A program made the position numbers and the translations under genes. A stretch of DNA of 35,914 bases from positions 1-35,914 of the forward strand of contig ADNK01003439.1 of assembly GCA_000320545.1 (NCBI GenBank), given 5' to 3'. The DNA is from Bigelowiella natans CCMP2755. Taxonomy: Eukaryota; Protista; Cercozoa. A model generated the notes under the pieces. That model saw only the letters and a list, made by a program, of their open reading frames with translations, did not search any database and was not told where the DNA came from. Positions 30,693 to 35,914 of this stretch are shown piece by piece (the stretch's first letter is position 1; each line of letters starts with the position of its first letter).

Positions 30693-33600
30693 TTACGGAG
30701 AGGGATAAATGACTAGATCCCTGGTAGAATTTGCTATTCGTTTCAGTGCTGCAGATGATACTTTGGGACACCTGATATAGAAATGTAGATAAGACAGGTA
30801 GGTGGATTATCATGATGCGAAGTATGCACGTACATACCACAACAACCATAAAAGACTTCCCTCTGATGCTCTACTACCCTATACCCCCCCCCCTCCCCCC
30901 CCCCCCGCCCCTATTCTCAAATTATTGTGTATGGTCAACTTTATACGTGTGCACACGTTCATGTCACATCAACCAAACGTACACATCAAACGGTGTTCCG
31001 AGAAACAATATTTTAAGCAGTATCACCCTTGGATCATGAGGGTTTTGAGATGACGGCACTTCTCCAGCGCTTGCACAGATTTGTCAGTCAGCAACGGACA
31101 GAAGCTCAGATTGACATATTTGAGCTCCTGTACGTTGAGTAGGGAGAAATAGAGGGTTGAGACGTAAGTTGATTGCTATGAGGGCAGATATCACTCACCA
31201 CTCAATAACCCATATAACAACAGCTATTAAAAAAAATTGAAGCTTAAATCCGAGTTGTTGATGAGATTTCCATTGTTGGTAGTTCACTTAGTACCTTACG
31301 AAAGTGCTGTGTTAGGCTGGAAACAGACTTGTCTGTCAGTTGCTCGCAGTGCTCGAGGCAGAGACTTTCAATCTGGAAATGATGATGATGATGATGGTCA
31401 CCAGCTTAATGATGAGACTACATCAACGATTTGCAGCAGCATGTGTGTGGCGATATTTGTACGTACTACTGCGTTTATTGCTGCTTACAGTTGTAGAGGA
31501 GGAGGAAGAGGAGGAGAGACTAAAATCGATATCTCTTCCTTGGCACTCCTTCCACCTACTGCTACGGGTACTACTACTACGGGTACTGCTACTACCACTA
31601 CTACTACCAGTAGTAGTACCTCGGTATGGCGACAAGCCATTGACATTAGCACCTTGTCAGTTACACTCTCGTACACCTGACGACGACGACAGAAGAAGAA
31701 ACAGAATCATCACAATATACTCATCATCATGGTGCTACCAGCTTGATTGCTCACAGTAGCAGAAGAACTTAATAGGTTTGAGATATTCTAAAATGTCTCT
31801 ACAAGGTATAACAGCGACGAATGATGCAGAGGTCAGGAGCAACAATCAAAAATCATGTGCCAGACACTCTCCCGACCGAATTTCCCCATCATCATCATCA
31901 TCATCCTACTATTATTATAAGTTATTTGCAAGACCAAAACTTCCAGTTATTACTACTACTACTACTGCTACTGATACTACTACTTCCTCCTCCTCTTACA
32001 TTGAAGAAATCAATCTTGGTTATGTTTTGGTTGAGAAGAGGCGTGCTATAAAGGCTGCAGACACTACTTAGCTGTTATTGTTGTATTATGTACCAGGAGA
32101 AGAGGGAGAAGGAGGAGGAGGAAGAGGAGGATTAAGGGAAACGAATCACATTATCATCGTCATCATCATCATCATCCTCATCATCATCATCATGGTGATG
32201 ACATTATCTTGGGCTGATGATAACAATTCTCTGTTGTTGTCGTCGTCATCGTCGTGGCGTCATGTGTTGGTGCACTTTCCTACCATTGCACGCTCGGATA
32301 TGTCCAGGAATGCTACGATTCTTGCTAGTATCTCAACCTCCAAGCACTAATTATCAGAGACAGCAGCGCAACATCATCAACATTACCATCATCATCATCA
32401 TCATGGTCCCCATTCACTGCTTGACATATTCTTTCTTCTTATTTTATAGTAGTATTTGCAGTAGTAGTAGCACCATCACAGTAGCGACTTTGCTCGTAGG
32501 TTTCTTCTCCGCCTATTTATTGTTGTATAAATGTTGTAAAGATAAGTTTAAAGGACAGCTTACTTCCACAACATACTACGCACATCTGCTCTACAATCTT
32601 TACATGATGATAACCGTATATAGGTTATTATAGAGGCGGCGGTGATGATACACTCACGATCGTCGCATCGCTCATTAGTTCATTGCTCTGGTCTCACCAG
32701 TGGCAGCTCTCCGCCTCCTATCTCGGGTAGAAACCAATGCTGTTGATGCTGTTTGCTAGTGGTAGTTGGGGCCGACTCCTCCCCTTCGTTTTCTTCTTTG
32801 AGGCCTTCTTTTTTGTTATGATTCTTATCGTTTTCTCCCCCCTTCTTCCCCTCCTCCTCTCCTCCCTCCCCTTTCTCAACCACATCCATCTTTACACTAG
32901 TTTCTGCAGTTGGCTGGTATTCTCCTGCGACACCGCTTATGGTGATGCCACCCCCCTTTTTTGCCTTGATCTTCTTCTCTGCGGTTATGATAAATCGATA
33001 AATCACGAATGCTGCTCAACTGATTTCTTGCAGTAATTTTCACGGCTAGTATTCGCCGAGTGTACCTCTTCCTCCCCCCCCCTCCCACCCTATCTGTTTT
33101 GCTGCCTTTGCCCCTCCTCCTCCTCCACACTCAATCACTACAACCTGTGATGTCAGCAGCGGCTAGTGTAGCTGCAATGAGATTAGCGTTGTATTCTATC
33201 AGCTTCTCACAATGCGTTTCGAGATTCATTATCCGGGAATCCTGGTAGTATTGGATGATAATGTTATTATTCGTATGGGTGAGCAGCAAACAGTCGTCGT
33301 CGTCGTAGTAGTACTAGTGGTTTTTAGCAGTAGTCTACATAAGCAGCACTAATAATGATAATGATGATGATAATGCTGATGATGCTGCGGCATCTAACTC
33401 TACCTCATGTGTGCGCGTATGCATGCATTGATCTTAGCGGATTTAAAGTTATAATTGTTGTTCTCACACACTTGATGTATGCATTATTCCTACCCGTTCG
33501 ATAAGTTTCATTTCATATATTCTAGAGATCATTGAGGAGGAGGAGGAGGCGCCGCCGTGATGGTCTCCAACGCTATTCATCGTGTTCTCATGCCTTCTAC

Positions 33601-33759
33601 TTCTTCGCAGAGGCCGCCGAGACTGTGATGGGAGGGGGGGAGAGAGGGAAAAAGGGGGGGGGGGGGGGAGAGAAATGTTAGACAGACAATCATCATGATA
33701 CTAATCGTGATAATGATGATCAATGAGAACAACGGATCCATCACTCCTTCGTTCCCTTT

Positions 33760-33792
<33 letters not shown>

Positions 33793-34964
33793 TTTGCCAT
33801 CTTCTTCTTCTTCTTCTTCTTCTTCTTCTTCTGCGTCGTCGTTTTCGTCGTGGTTATTGGAGGGGATTTTGCTACGTGAGCCATCAATGATAACTCCTGC
33901 AACTATTACTACTACTACTACTACTACTACCAGATTGTCAAGGGCAAGATCTAAGTTTCCGCTGCGTAATCGCTTTGAAGATGCACCCCTTGAACGACTG
34001 CTGCGTGACGATGATAAAGCCGTAACCTTTATCTGAAACATCAAAAAGAGAGCAGAGAGGTCAAGCTCAAACATATAGAATTACGAGAAACGAACGTTGG
34101 GAAAGGAGAGGGCATTATCAAGCATTCTACATCTTAGCGGCGATCAAAGACTTGCAAGCGAAATATACGTGTAAGATCAGCAACAAAGTCGAATCATCAA
34201 CCACCACCTTAGAGGGAGTAAATGGCCTGCGTTTCAGCTTGCTCTGCCAATCCTTCGGGGGTATGAGTAACACAGGGGAGGGGGCGGGGTTGGGGACTTG
34301 GTTAGTATCGTGAAGAGATTAGCGAAAAACAATATTTGGCATTGATTTACCTGAAGCTCTGCGATTTGGAGTTTGGAACACTGAGGTCCGCAGTATGCAA
34401 TGGATCCAACATCAACCCACCCAACCTTGGTCAAAGATGTGATGATCATCATCAAATTCATACAGGAGGAGCAGGAGGATGGGGAGGAGGAAAGATGAGG
34501 TAGAAGGTGTGTGCTTTTTCTTGTTCTTCTTCTCGATATTCTGATTTGTTGGATCGTTGTTGGGAAATCTTCTTTCTCGTATTCTTCGTAGTAGTAGTAG
34601 TATCGCTTTTCACTTGGAATATTGGAATATTATGATTATAAAGAATTCAAGACAGCAATAACAACAAACAATAACAACTACATTGTGCGTGTTGAAGTCA
34701 CAAAGATATACGATACTGCGAGCGCCTCGTCTGTAGTTTTGACGTCAAAGAAGAAAGAAGGAAGGGAGAAGGCGAAAATATATGTTTCATAGTTGTTTGG
34801 ATATTTGTTATGTGCTATCGAAGAACGTATACATTACAGCACTAACATCAATCTCATCATCATCATCATCATCATCGTCGTCGTCGTCGCGTTGTATTTT
34901 GGCTGCTTAGACGCCATCAGCAGCAGTGTTGATGATGTTGATGATGATGATAATGATGATGATA

Positions 34965-34996
<32 letters not shown>

Positions 34997-35039
34997 AATG
35001 ATGATGATAATGATGATGATGATGATAATGATGATGATA

Positions 35040-35071
<32 letters not shown>

Positions 35072-35770
35072 AATGATGATGATAATGATGATGATGATGA
35101 TGATGATGGCTATATTATCACCCCTCCCCTGTTCTCAACAACATCCAAACACCATAGGAGGTGGCTCGAGATTCTTTGTAAGAAGCAGAAGACCAAGGGA
35201 AAAAAGGGAGGAAGAACAAGAAAAAGAAGATGAGATATCATCTAACGTGAATATCGTTTTAAAATCGTATTCTTCACTATTCTTCGCAATCATCATGCAA
35301 TTTATCATTCAATCAAGCACACCAACCATCAACTGACCATTCGCCAGCTGTACTCTTGAGAATATTTTTACGACAACATTCGTTGGAACATATTCAATCC
35401 ACTCCATTGACCATGCACGAATAGAACCTTTATCGTCACCGCAAACGATTACGACGGCAAACGACGAGGATATATGTGAAAATCAATCACAAAATACAAT
35501 CAGCACGTGCAGACGCGGGAGGGTGAAGATAATCGATTGATAAATCAGTAGTGTGGATGGAGGAGAGTAGGGAGAAAGAGAGGAAGAACTAAAGAACAGA
35601 AGACATTGCATTGATGTTGTCGTGTAATAATACCAATGTACTTTGCCGTTGGGGAATATCGAAAATTTGGGTTATTAGATGGGCGTGTCGTTGCAGTCCC
35701 TGATCTTGCACGTCGGCCTCCATTGGAATTGTTGTTGTTGTTATTGTTCCCACCATTCTCATCATCGTCC

Positions 35771-35802
<32 letters not shown>

Positions 35803-35914
35803 CTCATCTTCCCCATCATCATCCTCCAACTCCATCTTAGGCGGCGGATAACAACACAACAAACACATTCATTATTCACGAGCGTTATCCTATTTTCTTC
35901 TCACCTGACAGCTC
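30693..35914 (-). CDS. F-box/leucine-rich-repeat protein (FBXL-like) with a long N-terminal extension; 5' end outside the window
   Basis: The F-box spans exons 32284-32346 and 32000-32071: CLEVEILARIVAFLDISERAM|LSSVCSLY. Cys-containing LRRs follow: VYESVTDKVLMSMACRHTE|IESLCLEHCEQLTDKSVSSLTQHFRK|ELKYVNLSFCPLLTDKSVQALEKCRHLKTLMIQG|CPKVSSAALKRIANSTRDLVIYPSP-stop (TAA at 30693-30695). Upstream exons join in frame back to about 35835. Confidence 0.8.
34931..35108. repeat. Compound (GAT)n microsatellite with periodic AAT interruptions, intronic
   Basis: About 180 bp of GAT triplets with recurrent GATAATGATGATGATAAT blocks. It is the source of the poly-D and poly-M pseudo-ORFs. Confidence 0.95.

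Noticed and set aside
35420-35480. WD40-like VCGDDKGSIRAW peptide and a possible U12 (ATATCCT) or non-AG splice site
   Set aside because: No AG precedes that reading frame. A canonical GT...AAG intron joining YIG|SIRAW explains the exon, leaving the upstream residues intronic.

Overview
This is eukaryotic nuclear DNA from an intron-dense protist or alga. The style is compatible with a chlorarachniophyte-type genome, but the taxon cannot be determined from this window. Most ORFs in the supplied track are microsatellite artefacts. Manual GT-AG exon joining gives nine spliced genes in strictly alternating orientation (-,+,-,+,-,+,-,+,-): (1) unknown coiled-coil protein, (2) TLC-domain membrane protein, (3) unknown protein, (4) degenerate PPR-like organellar protein, (5) saposin-B/Canopy-like secretory protein, (6) fidgetin-like 1 AAA ATPase, (7) type I membrane protein with a Pro/Thr/Ser stalk, (8) DNA polymerase alpha catalytic subunit, (9) F-box/LRR protein, 5' end outside the window. 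No rRNA, tRNA, CRISPR array or autonomous transposon was recognised. The most notable signals are architectural. Head-to-head spacers are short and share a CTGCGACAAC motif. All four tail-to-tail spacers carry purine/pyrimidine-alternating sequence, one with a MITE-like structure. POLA1 has two very long exons in an otherwise fragmented gene landscape. Splice sites are weak, often use AAG acceptors and often abut microsatellites. Exon boundaries outside conserved domains are hand predictions.
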